Positions 25,500 to 38,350 are shown, numbered from the stretch's first letter. The stretch is DNA of 64,000 nt from Octopus sinensis (GCF_006345805.1 NC_042999.1:151838001-151902000), one strand, 5' to 3'. Notes: generated from the letters alone by a model not told the origin. Made by a program: numbers and translations.

Positions 25500-25790
25500 A
25501 TGGTGATGGTGCCACATGAAAAGCACCCCGTGCACACAGTAAAGTGATTGGTATTAGGAAGGGCATCCAACTGTAAAAACCAGGCCAAAACAGGCTGTGG
25601 AAACTGGTGTGACTCCTGGCCTTGCCAGCTCCTGTCAAACCATCCAACCCATGCCAGCATGGAAAACAGACTGAACTAACGATGTTGATGATGATGATGG
25701 GGAGGAGGAGGTGGGTGGCGGTGGTAGTGGTGGTGGTGGTGTGATGATGGTGGTGGTGGTGGTGGTGGTGGTGGTGGTGGTGATATGACA
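25500..25790 (+). mobile_element. RTE-type 3' tail with (GAT/GGT)n end
   Basis: Matches 63740-63920. Confidence 0.8.
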
Positions 25791-27425
25791 CATAAGTGAA
25801 TTGGTTTAAATTGGAAAATCAAAAACCAATGGAGATAAGCAACTCATTATAGAAGCAAGCCAGTTTACAATGGGGTTAATATATACTACAGAGTTAAACA
25901 GATAACAGAAAAGAAAAGATGGCACAAAGCATAGCTATCTTATTAATTTGTAAATTGTTTTCCTCAGAAGCATATGCTTTGACATTCCTACATTTATGGA
26001 ATCTTAGTCCCAAAGACAAAGTACTTCCTGTTTTAAACATGCTGACTACAAGGAATTCTCATTAATTTGGTCACATAAACCAAAAGACACCAACTTTGAT
26101 GGAAGGAATTAAGTCTCTCTCTCTCTCTTTCTCTCTCTTCCTTTCACTTTCTTTCTCTTTCACTCCCTTTCTTCCTTTCACGTTCCTGTTCTCTCTCTCC
26201 TACTCTTTCTCTTTCTTCCACCTCACTTCCCTTCTCCCTCTTTCATCCCCCTTCTCTCTCATTCTCTCTCTCTCTCTCTTCTCTTCATCACTTGCTCATT
26301 CATTCACAGTCTCACTCACTCACCCTTTATCTCACTCACTCACTCACTCAACTCATTATATCAATCAAGCTAAAATAATCTTGCCTCAGTCTTTCTAGAA
26401 ATATCGTTCTGGTCTAATGCTTTCTTGTTTTATATCTTAGAAAATGCTTTTGAGATGTATAAGCACTTAAATTCTGTCAGTTCTGTTTATCTCAAAGTCA
26501 GCCACACAGCCATTCTCCCCATCACAAAAATATTATCAAGTAACTTGTCCCTTTTTAAAGGGATTATCCTTTGTTAACATGTAAGTAACTCACCCACTCT
26601 TCAGCCCCAAAACAAACTTTTGTTTGTTACACCATGGGAATTAACCCTTCCTATATTCTAAAAGGGATTGGGGGGAAATACAAATTAATAAATGTACTTA
26701 GTTATGAAAACTTCATGCAAAAAATAAATAAATAAATTTTAAAAAATAACCTCTTCCTTGGGAACCTTGCTATGGCCCTAGGCTTGTTTAAGCAGGTGTG
26801 TTGAAACTGAAAGGGATGGTGAATATATAAGTCATTGTGTGGGGTTTCTTTTCCCTTTATGCCATACATTCCTAAAGATTTTCTTTTTCTTTTCCTATTT
26901 TCTTCTTTATTTATTTATTTATTTATCTATTGTACCACACCCTATGTTTCTCATATTTTTTCTTTGTAGGCAAATAGTTTAGAATTAAGAATACTTTGAA
27001 TTATTCAGAACAATTTTCACATGGTATTCTGGATATTTATTTATTTTTGTTTTTCTTTTAATCTTTCACCTATGTATCGTTATCTAATGTTGTATTATAC
27101 ATTAAAACATAGTATAATAAACAGAGAAACTGTTGATAATAGAAGAGATAAAATTAAATGGGAGTTCATTGAATTAAGCGAGGAAATATAAATGTAAGGT
27201 CTTTCTATGAGATTTTTATCTATTTTTCTTTTATTTTCTATTTAAATGATTTGATGACAGATTGTTTTTCTGGTATTTTGCTTAAATTTGGAACATTTTG
27301 CTTACAAATTGCAATAACATCAGTTAATAATGTTAGGATAAGAGAAAAGTCTTTTTAATCACTTTGTAGATCATTTGTAAGCAGGACATCCTGAGATCCA
27401 AGACACACCCCTTTTTCATTGTCGG

Positions 27426-27461
<36 letters not shown>

Positions 27462-27462
<1 letters not shown>

Positions 27463-27800
27463 TGAAGGCACATGGCTCAGTGGTTAGAGTGTTGAGCTTA
27501 CGATCGTGGGGTTGTGAGCTTGAATCCTGGACCAAGCTGTGTGTTGTGTTCTTGAGCAAGACACTTTATTTCATGTTGCTCCAGTTCACTCAGCTGAAGA
27601 AATGAGTTGCGACATCACAGGTGCCAAGCTGTACCGGCCTTTGCTTTTCTCTTGGATAACACTGGTGGCATGGAGAGGAGAGGCCGGTATGCATGGGCGA
27701 CTGCTGGTCTTCCATAAACAACCTTGCCTGGGCTTGTGCCTGAGAGGGTAACTTTCTAGGTGCAATCTCATAGTCAGTCATGACCGAAAGGGGTCTCTGA
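27462..27800 (+). mobile_element. tRNA-derived SINE, family C
   Basis: tggctcagtgg (A box), gcttgaatcc (B box), then tgtgttcttgagcaagacacttt core. Confidence 0.85.
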
Positions 27801-28213
27801 TGTATATATCTTTCATCTTTTACTTGTTTCAGTCATAAGATTGTGGCCATGCTGGGGCACCATTTGAATAATTTTTAATTGAATGAATCGACCTCCATAC
27901 TTTTATTTTTCTTAACCTGGTATTTATTCTATTGTCTCTTTTGATGAACTGCTAAGTTATGGGGATGTAAGCACACCAACACCAGTTGACAAGCAGTAGT
28001 GGAGCACAAACACAGATACAAAGATGCACACATATGCACACACACACACACACACACATCATCATCATCATCATCATCATCCTCATGTTCATCCTTTGAT
28101 GTCTGTTTTCCATTCTCACATGGATTGGACAGTTTGACAGAAGCTGACCAGCTGAAGAGCTAGCTGCCCAGGCTCTGTATCTGTTTTGGCATAGTTTTTA
28201 CACACACACACAA

Positions 28214-28249
<36 letters not shown>

Positions 28250-28912
28250 ACACACATACATACATACATATACATACATACATATACATACATACATATA
28301 CATACATACATATACATACATACATATACATACATACAAGGTGAGCAAAAGGTGTACATATGCCGTTAAGTGTAAACAGGCCAAAACTGTAATGATAATT
28401 AGAAGCTTGACTGATGAACAGAGGGCCACGAATGATCTGTCTTGGTTTTTCTTGTCCATCTTTGTACAGTCTATTTATCTTAAGGGGTTTTAGTCAAACA
28501 AATTGACCCCAGGACTTATTCTTTGTAAGTCTAGTACTTATTCTAACCATCTCTATTGCTGAAACGCTAAGTTACAGGGACATTAACACACTAACATCAG
28601 GGACACTCACAAACACAAGCACACAAATATATACATATATATGTATATATAGTTGAAAAAGATTAGCGATCTATGCAAATCAAATTTTTATATATAAAAA
28701 TGGACATAGAAATTACACAGAAGTAAGTTTAAGACATTTCAATTTAAGAGGGAATTTAATAATAAATGATTCTAAAAAATTATTATATAAAGAAAATATT
28801 ACTGGTTTTGATGAATCCCATCTTATCAAATATCAGTAAAAATTTATAAAAATTTTAAAGTAAAAGCAGTCTATCTTCTGTCTAGGGGTCAGGAACATGT
28901 CGTATATATATA

Positions 28913-29340
28913 TCTCTTATTATAAAAGGCAGATTTTATCTGCCTCCCTTTGGGAGTTATACAAATCTACAATATAGGATTTCTTCAATTACAATTTACC
29001 TAGCATTTTTAAGAGTACAATGCATCGCGTCATGCCAGGTCCAGTTTTTAAAATTTAAACTCCAATTAAGCAAAATTTACAGAAAACTCACATTCTGGTG
29101 TGTGTGTCAAATGCTTTTCTTAGTCTGGTTTACACCACACGCAAACGCACACACACAGTGGGCAACGAATAAAATGAAAGTAAATAGCGACAGAGTGATT
29201 TGAGGAAGACTAAACTGAAAGTATCCTGTCTATGATGCTGATAGATACATGAGTAAAATGTATGGGAAGCTAAGAGCTAAGAGTGAGTGAAAATAGCGAG
29301 AGAGAGAGTGATTTGAGGAAGACTTTCATTAAATAACCGT
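28913..29340 (+). mobile_element. Helitron-like non-autonomous element, 5' part
   Basis: A|TCTCTTATTATAAAAG start; subterminal hairpins aggcagat-ttt-atctgcct and ctccc-ttt-gggag; no 3' CTAG seen. Confidence 0.5.
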
Positions 29341-29377
29341 AGTGGCTTGTGTTAGTAATAAAGTAAACATACACTCA

Positions 29378-29555
29378 TACATACATACATACATACATAC
29401 ATACATACATACATACATACATACATACACACACACATACACACACACATACATACACACACACATACATACATACACACATACATACATACATACATAC
29501 ATATACATACATACATACATATACATACATACATACACACACACACATACACACA
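29378..29555. repeat. (TACA)n / (CA)n microsatellite
   Basis: Direct. Confidence 0.95.
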
Positions 29556-29734
29556 CAGTATTGAAGCTTGAGAACAATCAGATACATTTGCAACACATCT
29601 GTTGAAAATATTATTGTTCACACACATACATATACATATATACATACAGACAGACAGACAGATAGACACACACACACACACACATGATCCAGCATGGCCA
29701 CAACCTCAAGGCTGAAACATATAAAAGAATAACA

Positions 29735-30100
29735 GAATATAAATGTGTGCAAAGTACAAGAAATATTAATGCAGTATATGGGGATTGGACAATAAGCGTA
29801 AGGCAGTGTCAATGGTGGTTCCAGAAATCCCGAGCCATAAACTACAGCCTAGAAGACGAGCCTCATCCTGAAAGATCTGTAGAACTCGACAAGGACATCC
29901 TGAAAACCCTGGTGGAACAAAATCTCATTGTAACTGTTGAGGAAGTAGCAGAGAAGCTTGGATTTGGTCATTCAACCATTCATTGAGACCTGTGTGCTAT
30001 CGGAAAAGTCAGCAAATTGGGTCAATGGGTTCCTCACGAACTTTCCGAGTCTAATTGCATGCAGAGAGTGAATGTATGCTTTTCTTTGCTGTCACATCTC
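29735..30100 (+). mobile_element. Mariner transposase fragment, same family as 18344-19206
   Basis: INAVYGDWTISVRQCQWWFQK..LEDEPHPERS..AEKLGFGHSTIH*..GKVSKLGQWVPHEL. Confidence 0.9.
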
Positions 30101-30121
30101 ACCACTACTGCGCTATGTATA

Positions 30122-30656
30122 TCTATATATATAAAACTGTAGTTGTGTGAGTGTCTGTCCCCTTCGATTTAGATTCCTAACTACTCCCACATTTTGCGAT
30201 GCAGTTTAACCAAATTCGGGTAGCTTATAGTCGTGATTCATATCGAGCCCGTCTGAATATTAGCGCGCGTCTACGATGAGTCTACGATTTTTAAAATAAT
30301 TTAACATCATTTTTTATTCCATTTTAATGCATAATTTTTCGTGTGTCGATGGCGGCGGAGTTGGCGTCCACGCTCACACCTGCACCTGTGGGGAAGGGAG
30401 TGTAAGGAAATCAACGTCGTAATGCGTTGTCAAGGAGACCAGTGTTCTTTTAGAACAACGACTTCATGGCTTGAAGACACCAAAACAGAAATGGCTAAGA
30501 AAGCGTCTACATGAGTCTACGATTTTAAAAAAAATTTACCATCATATTTTTTCCATTTTTAATGCATTTTTTGCTATTTTTTTGCTATAACTCTCTAAAA
30601 ATGCTTATATAGTTATTTCCCTTACAAACCCGAGCAACGCCGGGCGATACTGCTAG
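30122..30656 (+). mobile_element. Complete non-autonomous Helitron, 535 bp
   Basis: A|TCTATATATATAAAA...cccg-agcaacgc-cggg hairpin (30629-30644)...CTAG|T; inserted between A and T; internal direct repeat of about 75 bp. Confidence 0.88.
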
Positions 30657-30684
30657 TATATATATATATATATATATATATATA

Positions 30685-30845
30685 CGACGGGCTTCTTTAA
30701 TTTTCTGTCTACCAAATCCACTCACAAGGCTCTGGTCAGCCTATATCTATAGTAGAAGACACTTACCCAAGGTCCCACACAGTGGGACTGAACCTGTAAC
30801 CATGTGGTTGGGGAGCAAGCTTCTTACCACACAACCATGCCTGCA
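30685..30845 (-). mobile_element. Family A SINE, 5' half
   Basis: Reverse match to 59630-59780. Confidence 0.85.
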
Positions 30846-30854
30846 AATATTGTT

Positions 30855-30961
30855 AAAACATTTTGTGTGTGGTAGAAGTATAACCAATTTACTTCACGTA
30901 AACTTTAACAACAAAATCATGGACCCCTAAGGGTCTTATGGACCCCAGTTGAAAACCACTA
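30855..30961 (+). mobile_element. hAT-type MITE right end, same family as 57298-58120
   Basis: tttaacaacaaaatc...tatggaccccagttgaaaaccacta matches 58040-58120. Confidence 0.7.
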
Positions 30962-31844
30962 ATGTAGACAAATCATGAAGTGTGTCTATTTCAAGAAGTG
31001 AAATCAAGAAGTGTGTCTAGAAGTGTCTAGTCAAATCAAGAAGTGTGCCTAGACAAATGAAGAAAGTGAAGGGAACTAATTAACGTATTGTCTCGCACTA
31101 ATAATTACCAGTAATTGAAGTTTAACCCCAAGTCATTTTTTATCTAGGAGACTGGTGATCAAAAGTATTCCAGCCATAGCCATCCTGTCTTTTACTCAGG
31201 CAATGTATTTAAGCCACATCATATCATGGCTTCTTCATTTTTCAAGACAGTAATGTATCATTTGAGGGAGATTTTAGCTGCCCTTTCTTACATGTTGAAT
31301 GATTGTGAAGTGAAGTAAGGAAGTGAAAATCTTTTTTTTTTAATACCAGGGGCAAATTGGAAGTTTATAAGAGCATGGATGTATTTGTACTAATTAAAAT
31401 AATGAATCTTGAATTTTACAAATTCATAGATATGTAATTTATTTGAAATTAGTTTTGGGTTTGAGGCTTAAATAGTTTTTCTGTAATAGGTATTTAGAGA
31501 ACTTTGTTAGCAGGTGGTTTCACACTTGAATGTGTGCAAAGGTTTCCTCCTACCCTAATTTAAAGGTTCCTTTGTTATTTGAGTAATTACAAAACGAGAT
31601 GTAAATGAAATTAAATGGAGTGGTTCAGCTTAGAATGGAATTTATGCCATAGACTCAGCTTGCTAGGAATTTATTATCAATCAAAAATACTTGCATGCTT
31701 TAACATTCTCCTTACTAATTTACTTTGTGTTAAGTAGAGAAAGTCATTAATTATAAGCATTATATTGGAAAATTTAGGGATGCTGGATAATTCGGTTTTA
31801 AGTTCTTTACTAAATGCAGGAAATAGCTGAGGACAGTTTTAAGG

Positions 31845-32075
31845 CTATATGTGGCAAGCTGGCAGAAACTTTAGCACACCGGCCGAAATGCGTAGCCGTA
31901 TTTCGTCTGCCGTTACGTTCTGGGTTCAAATTCTGCCGAGGTCAACTTTGCCTTTCAACCTTTCGGGGTCAATAAATTAAGTACCAGTTACACACTGGGG
32001 GTCGATGTAATCGACTTAATCCCTTTGTCTGTCCTTGTTTGTCCCCTCTATGTTTAGCCCCTTGTGAGTAGTAAT
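31845..32075 (+). mobile_element. tRNA-derived SINE, family B (Meta-like central domain)
   Basis: ggttcaaattc (B box), then gtcaactttgcctttcaacctttcggggtcaataaattaagtaccag. Confidence 0.8.
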
Positions 32076-32129
32076 ATATATTAAAATGTATATTAAAATG
32101 TTCAGTAATCATCTCTGGCAGGCTCGCAA

Positions 32130-32330
32130 GACCTGCACTTGATCTGCTGCAGCTGAAGCTACTTGACACAACAGAATAGTAAGACCTCTTGTGTGCTCTT
32201 CCATATTCTCTCTATTGTTTCTCCTCAAAATCTTGAATTACAAGCTTCAGTGATTGGTGCTGTTCATCATGCCACCAGACTTTATCCTCCCTGGTGTCTG
32301 GAGAGTGTTGGAGCTTTACAAATATATCTT
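32130..32330 (-). pseudogene. Possible old RTE ORF2 linker remnant
   Basis: REDKVWWHDEQHQSLK..EEKQ*REYGRAHKR resembles the ETWWWNEEV..EYK.A linker between endonuclease and RT. Confidence 0.3.
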
Positions 32331-33301
32331 CAACACATCCGTGTATTACAACTCCTGACCACTATGGCTGCACCTCCTCTGATGTAGTTCAGCACAGAAA
32401 ATTGACATAACAGATCTAGAACTGCATTATCTAGTATGTCTACATTTTTTCTTTATAAGATAACAGTCTATATGTAAGGGTCGTTTCGCCCAAGTTGACT
32501 TATTTTTCAACCTTCTCTAACTATTTTGCCATTTCCCTTACATTAACCAATTCTTTCATTTACTAAAATGTTGATAGCATGGTGTTAGTACTTTTTGTCT
32601 TTTATTTCAGTAGTTCCTGCATTTCTGTTTAGAATGTTGTTTACTCTGTGTTGCATTAATTATGTAAAAGCTGACTTTTAAAATGACATGGGTAATTATC
32701 AAACTTTTGCTGTAAATACACTTGTTTGAGATGAAAGGTGATCACTTATCCACTTCCCTTCTTCCTCTGGTAAATAACATGTGTTTCATCTAATTTGATA
32801 CATTTTGTAACAGATGCAAAGGAATGCAAGACAGCAGTGATTACTGATAGGATTTCCCTGTCAAATTAAATTATTGTTTTTGTATGGGCCTCATGCTTTA
32901 AATATGTGGAACCTATTATCTATTTAACAGTTTTATGGCTGGTTTTACCCTTAATAATGTTGTTGTAACTTATTTCACAACAATAGATTGCTTATAGGCA
33001 AAGTGCATCTGAACTATTTAAAGAAGCACAAAAGAAATTAGGTATAAAATACTTAATTTTTTAAGCCACTAGTTTGTTGGTATTGTTACATAGTAACTAA
33101 CTTTATTTGTGTTACACATATAGGCATAAGCTTTGGGTGGTTGAGACAGAAGTACTGCCATGGTTGTGTGATTAACAAGCTCACTTGCAATTATGTAATT
33201 TTGGGTCAGTCCCACTATGTGCAATGCCTTGAGCAAGCCCCAGATTGATTGAATGCCTTGTGAGTGAATTTGGTAAACAGAATCTGTGGAAGCTTGTACT
33301 C

Positions 33302-33338
<37 letters not shown>

Positions 33339-33524
33339 ATACTAAGCAATAAGGGTTTAGCAACGAATTGCCTTACCACATACCGAATTTAGAAATAGCA
33401 GTCAAAGGGTTATAGCTATTTCTTCTACTAAAAAGTAGAAGAAATAGCTATAACCCTTTGACTGCTATTTCTAAATTCGGTATGTGGTAAGGCAATTCGT
33501 TGCTAAACCCTTATTGCTTAGTAT
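33339..33524. repeat. Perfect palindrome: 91-bp arms, 4-nt AAAA loop
   Basis: 33339-33429 is the exact reverse complement of 33434-33524, checked base by base. Confidence 0.97.
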
Positions 33525-33774
33525 TACTTAAATTTTCCTCAAATGAGGCTTTTACATGCCGAAGACTACTTGGTGTAATTGATAATTATTCCAAATTAAT
33601 TAATTTCACCCTTCATTATTACGGTATATATATATATATATACATACACACACATACACATACACACACACACACACATATATATATATAAAAGTACAAA
33701 CTTCCACACAGTTTCTGTCAACCAAATTCACTCATACACACACACACACCACACACACACATGTATGTATGAAT

Positions 33775-34172
33775 CAAGCATGTACCATCAGTAATTACTC
33801 AGGGTAGGTAGCTGGTGACGTTTATGTAGTAAAACACACAAAAACTATAAGCAAGACACAGGTACGCAACTGAGTTGGAGGCAGAGTTACTTCTGCCTTC
33901 ATAGCGCATAAAGAAAACGTAGGAACATACGCAGCACGTGTACTACAGCAGCTCTATGTGTAGCTTTGATACTGAAATAAAAAGGCAGGGGTGAATTATG
34001 CCTACCTAATCCACAAAAAAATAGAATATTTTGTATTTTATGCATAGTAATCATAGCAACCTTCATGATTCTATTGAATTAGGTGCATATTTTGCCATAA
34101 AAGGAAAATATTACAATCGATCTATTTTATTCAGGTAGGCACTGCCTACCTTCCCTACCCAGCACATCCCAG
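33775..34172 (-). mobile_element. hAT-type MITE, copy 2
   Basis: Homologous to 21263-21660; 8-bp TSD gtatgaat / gtatgcat. Confidence 0.82.
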
Positions 34173-34889
34173 GTATGCATGCATGCAGGTATGTATGTAT
34201 GTGTGCGCATGTGTGTATGTATGTGGGTGTGCGCATGTGTTTGTGTTTGTCTCTTCCCCCACTTAACGACTGGTTTCGGTTTGAGTCTCCAGAATTTAGA
34301 GGTTTGGTAAAAAAAACCATTAAGATAAGTATCAGACTTTAAAAACAAGTACTGAGGTCAATTTGTTCCATTAAAATACTTCAAGGCAGTACCCCAGCAT
34401 GGCCACAGACCAATGGTTGAAATGACTGAAAGCTAAAAGATATGCACACATGGTGTTTTATACACACTCACACACACTGTTCATTGTGTTGAAAGAATGA
34501 ACTCAGTGAAAAGTGTGAGGATCCTTTAGTTTCGTATGATGAAAATTGTTCAAAAAACAGTTATTGGAAATAAATGTCATTTGGAAATAAATGTCAAATG
34601 TCATACTTGAATTTTAATTTTATCATTTTTATTGAAATAAAATAAAAAATTTAGAATAATTAACATTTTGTAGTTGTTGCCAGTGATGCTAGACTGGCTC
34701 CTGTGCAGGTGGCACATAAAAAACACCATTGGAGCATGGCTGTTGCCAGTACCACCTGACTGGCCCTGTGGAATACCATCCCATACACAATATTAACAAG
34801 TCTGAATATAATGCTATATCAATATGCATGTGTGTGTGGGTGTCGGTGTCAGTGCATAGATGTGTATGTACATGCATATATTCATATCA

Positions 34890-35222
34890 TCATCATCATC
34901 ATTCAGTGTTTTAAATCTGGGTTTTGTCCCTGTTAACGGGGGTGGCCAGATCTACCTCAATGCCATAGCAACTGAGGCAGGCAGGTACAGCCCACTCCAA
35001 CCTTTGGGCTGGCTGATGCCCATTCTCCCTTGCTATCATGAGGCTTTTTTGGAGCTGGATTTTCTACGGGGAGCATGTTCTTGCTGACCCCCAACCTCAG
35101 TTTCTAGACATGATTGGTCCTGAGACCGAGGCCTCTACCACTATTTTTAAGAAATGCGGTGGAAAACTAGCCCAGAAAGGCAGGGACGCTACTCCCTGAG
35201 ACCCCTTTTGGAGCCTCCTACG
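34890..35222 (-). mobile_element. Unclassified ~330-bp retro-type repeat, copy 1
   Basis: Homologous to 52800-53103; (GAT)n tail on the minus strand. Confidence 0.7.
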
Positions 35223-36729
35223 TACATATATGCAAGAAAAAGTGTGTGAGTGTATGTCTGTTTGTAAGTTTATATGTATCTATACACATATGTATACATA
35301 CTGTGTGCAGGCATGTATATAATAGGTTGCATAATAAGTAATGGACATGTGAGCATTGAATTACTTTCCTTGGTTCATTTTGTATTCTAGTCTGTGACTA
35401 TGACAGTGTGCATGTGTGTATATACCAGCATTTGTGTGTATGTGTGCATTCGAAAAACTAGAAATTCTATTGAATAATTTCCCTGAACTAAATCTTATTT
35501 TAATGATGTAGTACATGTCCATTCTTGTTCAATGCATTTCATAGGTATTTGTACAAGTGTGTGTTTGTTTATGTATGAAATATTTGTCGTTATGTATTTG
35601 CTTGTGGGTTGAATATATGTTTGTATGTGTGTGTGTGTGTGCTTATGGGTGTATATATTCATGTAGACACCCAATTAACTATAACTGAAGATAAACAACA
35701 AACCAGGTCTGAGATTAAACAAAATACCATTCCCAAATGACTGTGTAGGAGGATTTGTTCTTTCAAAGTAGCACCATCTGGAGAATGTCCATGGATAAGG
35801 ACATGGAACTGAATAACAGAATGCTGTCAGCTGGAACTATCTAACTCTACACATTAATTATTTACTCTGAACTGTTGAATTCTTGTTTACTTTCTGTTTT
35901 ATTGTGTATGTTACTACACTCACAGATTCACTACTCTGTCATCATCATCATCATTTTCGGTGTTGTCATGACCACTACCACCAATATTGTCGTTTTAATA
36001 TCTAATTTTTCCTCGCTTGCATGGGTCAGGTGGAATTCATTGTGGCAGATCTTTCAACTGCTGGATGTCCTTCCTGTCACCAACCTACACCTGTTTCCAA
36101 GCAAGGAAATATTTCTCCAAGGCTGGACATGTATTTGCAGAAGATTGGGAACGAATGTCACAACTTGTATGAGGATGACACTTGTTTACAGCCACCACAC
36201 TATATCAAGGAGTGTTTGAAGGTGTGTTTGTTTTAAGGACACACAAACACACACACACACATAACAGGCTTCTTTTTGTCGACTAAATCCACTCGCAAGG
36301 TTTTGGTCGATCTGGGGGTCATGGTAGAAGACACTTGCTCAAGTCACCACACAGCAGGACTGAACCCAAAACTGTATGATTGCGAATCAAACTTCTTAAC
36401 CATTCACCCATCTTTGTGTGTATGTGTATTTTGATTTTAGTCATTGGACTACAGCCACTCTGGGGCACAATCTGGAAGACTTTTACTTGGATCATATTGA
36501 CCCTAATACCTATTTTTTTAATCTCTGTTTATCTTACAATTTTACAGAAAGGGATGCAAATCTTTAAGTCCATAAATCACTATATATTGTTTGTGAAAGT
36601 ATTCAACCCTGTTCTATGTAGAAATTTCATTCGTTGTTTTCTCATAGAGCTATAAATAAAAACATATTTTTCAGGAGAAGCTGATTGCCATGGTGTTTTC
36701 TCTTTTGGAAGCAATGAATATTATGTAAT

Positions 36730-37185
36730 TAAGGTGGTAAGCTGGCAGAAACATTAGCACATCGGGCAAAATGCTTAGCGATATTTTGTCTGTCTTTATG
36801 TTCTGAGTTCAAATGCTGCCAAGATTGACTTTGCTTTTCATCATTTCAGGGTCAATAAATTAAGTATTAGTTGCGTACAGGGGTCAATCTAATTGACTGC
36901 CCCCCTCCCCCAAAATTTCAGGCCTTGTGTCTAGAGTAGAAAAGAATAATTCTTTCTAATTTTCAAGGCACCGAGTTGGCAGAAACGTTAGTACATTGGG
37001 TAAAATGCTTAGCAGTATTTCATCTGTCTTTATGTTCTGAGTTCAAATTCTGCTGAGGTCAGTTTTGCCCTTCATCCTTTCAGGGTCAATAAATTAAATA
37101 CCAGTTGCGTACTTGGGTCGATCTAATCGGTTACCCCTAACTCACTCCCCCAAAATTTCAGGCCCTGTGCCTAAAGAAAAGAATA
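36730..37185 (+). mobile_element. Two tandem family B SINEs
   Basis: 36730-36950 and 36970-37185 both match 31845-32075. Confidence 0.8.
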
Positions 37186-37806
37186 TTATGTAATTGTTTA
37201 TCTCACTTGACCTTGTGTATTTATAACTATTGGTGATACTTCGTAATAGAATTATTGATGCCAAGAGAGGCACTCTTTCATAAAATACCTAATCTATGAA
37301 CTTCTGCAATTATTAATTTTTAATGATTCATGAATCATACTGTTTTACAACTTCCTCCAAAACCTGTTATATCACAAGAGCCATTATTGTCAGGACAGGC
37401 CATTCTCTTATAAAATACCTTCCAGGAACCTTGACCATTCACTATATTAACTGATTCATCAAACACTGTTCTACAACCTCTTCTAAAAGCCATAATATTG
37501 TCATAAATTATGTGTCTTTATCTGTGGTTTGTTTTATTAATTTCTTTTAGATTGTGTAAAAATTAACACTTTCAGTTTACCAATGTTTCTCTATTTCTGC
37601 AATGATTTGGTGTTTTATTCTAGTTCATAGGCTTGGCTGTGTCATTAAGAAGTTCACTTCCCGGCCATATGGCTTCAGGTTCAGTCCCACTATGTGACAC
37701 CTTGGGCAAGTGTCTTCTACTATAGCCCCCTGGGTAACCAAAGCCTTGTGAGTAGATTTAGTAGCTTGAAACTGAAAGAAGTCTGTTTTATATACATATA
37801 TAAAAC

Positions 37807-38160
37807 ATTACTCTTGAATACTGTCCTGATATCATATGGGCTACATATCTTTTGTATCTTTTTGGTGAGGCCTTTGACATAGGGTAGACCGACTGCAATC
37901 CATTTATGGGTTTCATCCTCTCTTCTCTTCATAATTTGAGTGGATAGTATGTTTTTGAGGTAGTTGTTGCTTAATAGATTGTTACTTAGCTTGATCATTT
38001 CTTCGTGGTGTGTATCAGGATCGCTACTTATATTCTTTGCTTGATGTTTTAGACACTGAACAAATCCCTCTCTTTACACTGTATGGATGGTAGGAATTGA
38101 AGTTGAGGTACTGTCCAGTGAAGGTTGGCTTGTGGTATATGGATGTCTGGATTCATACTT
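37807..38160 (-). mobile_element. Penelope-like RT thumb fragment
   Basis: TSIYHKPTFTGQYLNFNSYHPYSVKRG..LPYVKGLTKKIQKICSPYDIRTVFKS. Confidence 0.9.
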
Positions 38161-38173
38161 GGTGTGTGTTATT

Positions 38174-38350
38174 AAAAGATACAAAAGATATGTGGCCCAT
38201 ATGACATCAGGACAGTATTCAAGAGTAATACAACACTTTGCAAATATCTCCTTCGAGTAAAACCACCTATAGAAGAGAATATGACCAAAGACTGCGTGTA
38301 CTCTATCCCATGCAGTTGTGGTAGGTTCTACAAAGGCGAAACATGTTGCC
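38174..38350 (+). mobile_element. Penelope-like linker and GIY-YIG start
   Basis: IQKICGPYDIRTVFKSNTTL..KDCVYSIPCSCGRFYKGET. Confidence 0.9.

Noticed and set aside
30975-31055. Short tcaagaagtgtgtctag repeats; also the 14-bp x3 at 44042-44083, the 17-bp x2 at 34564-34597 and the degenerate ~30-bp units at 40000-40145
   Set aside because: Small slippage duplications with no sign of function.
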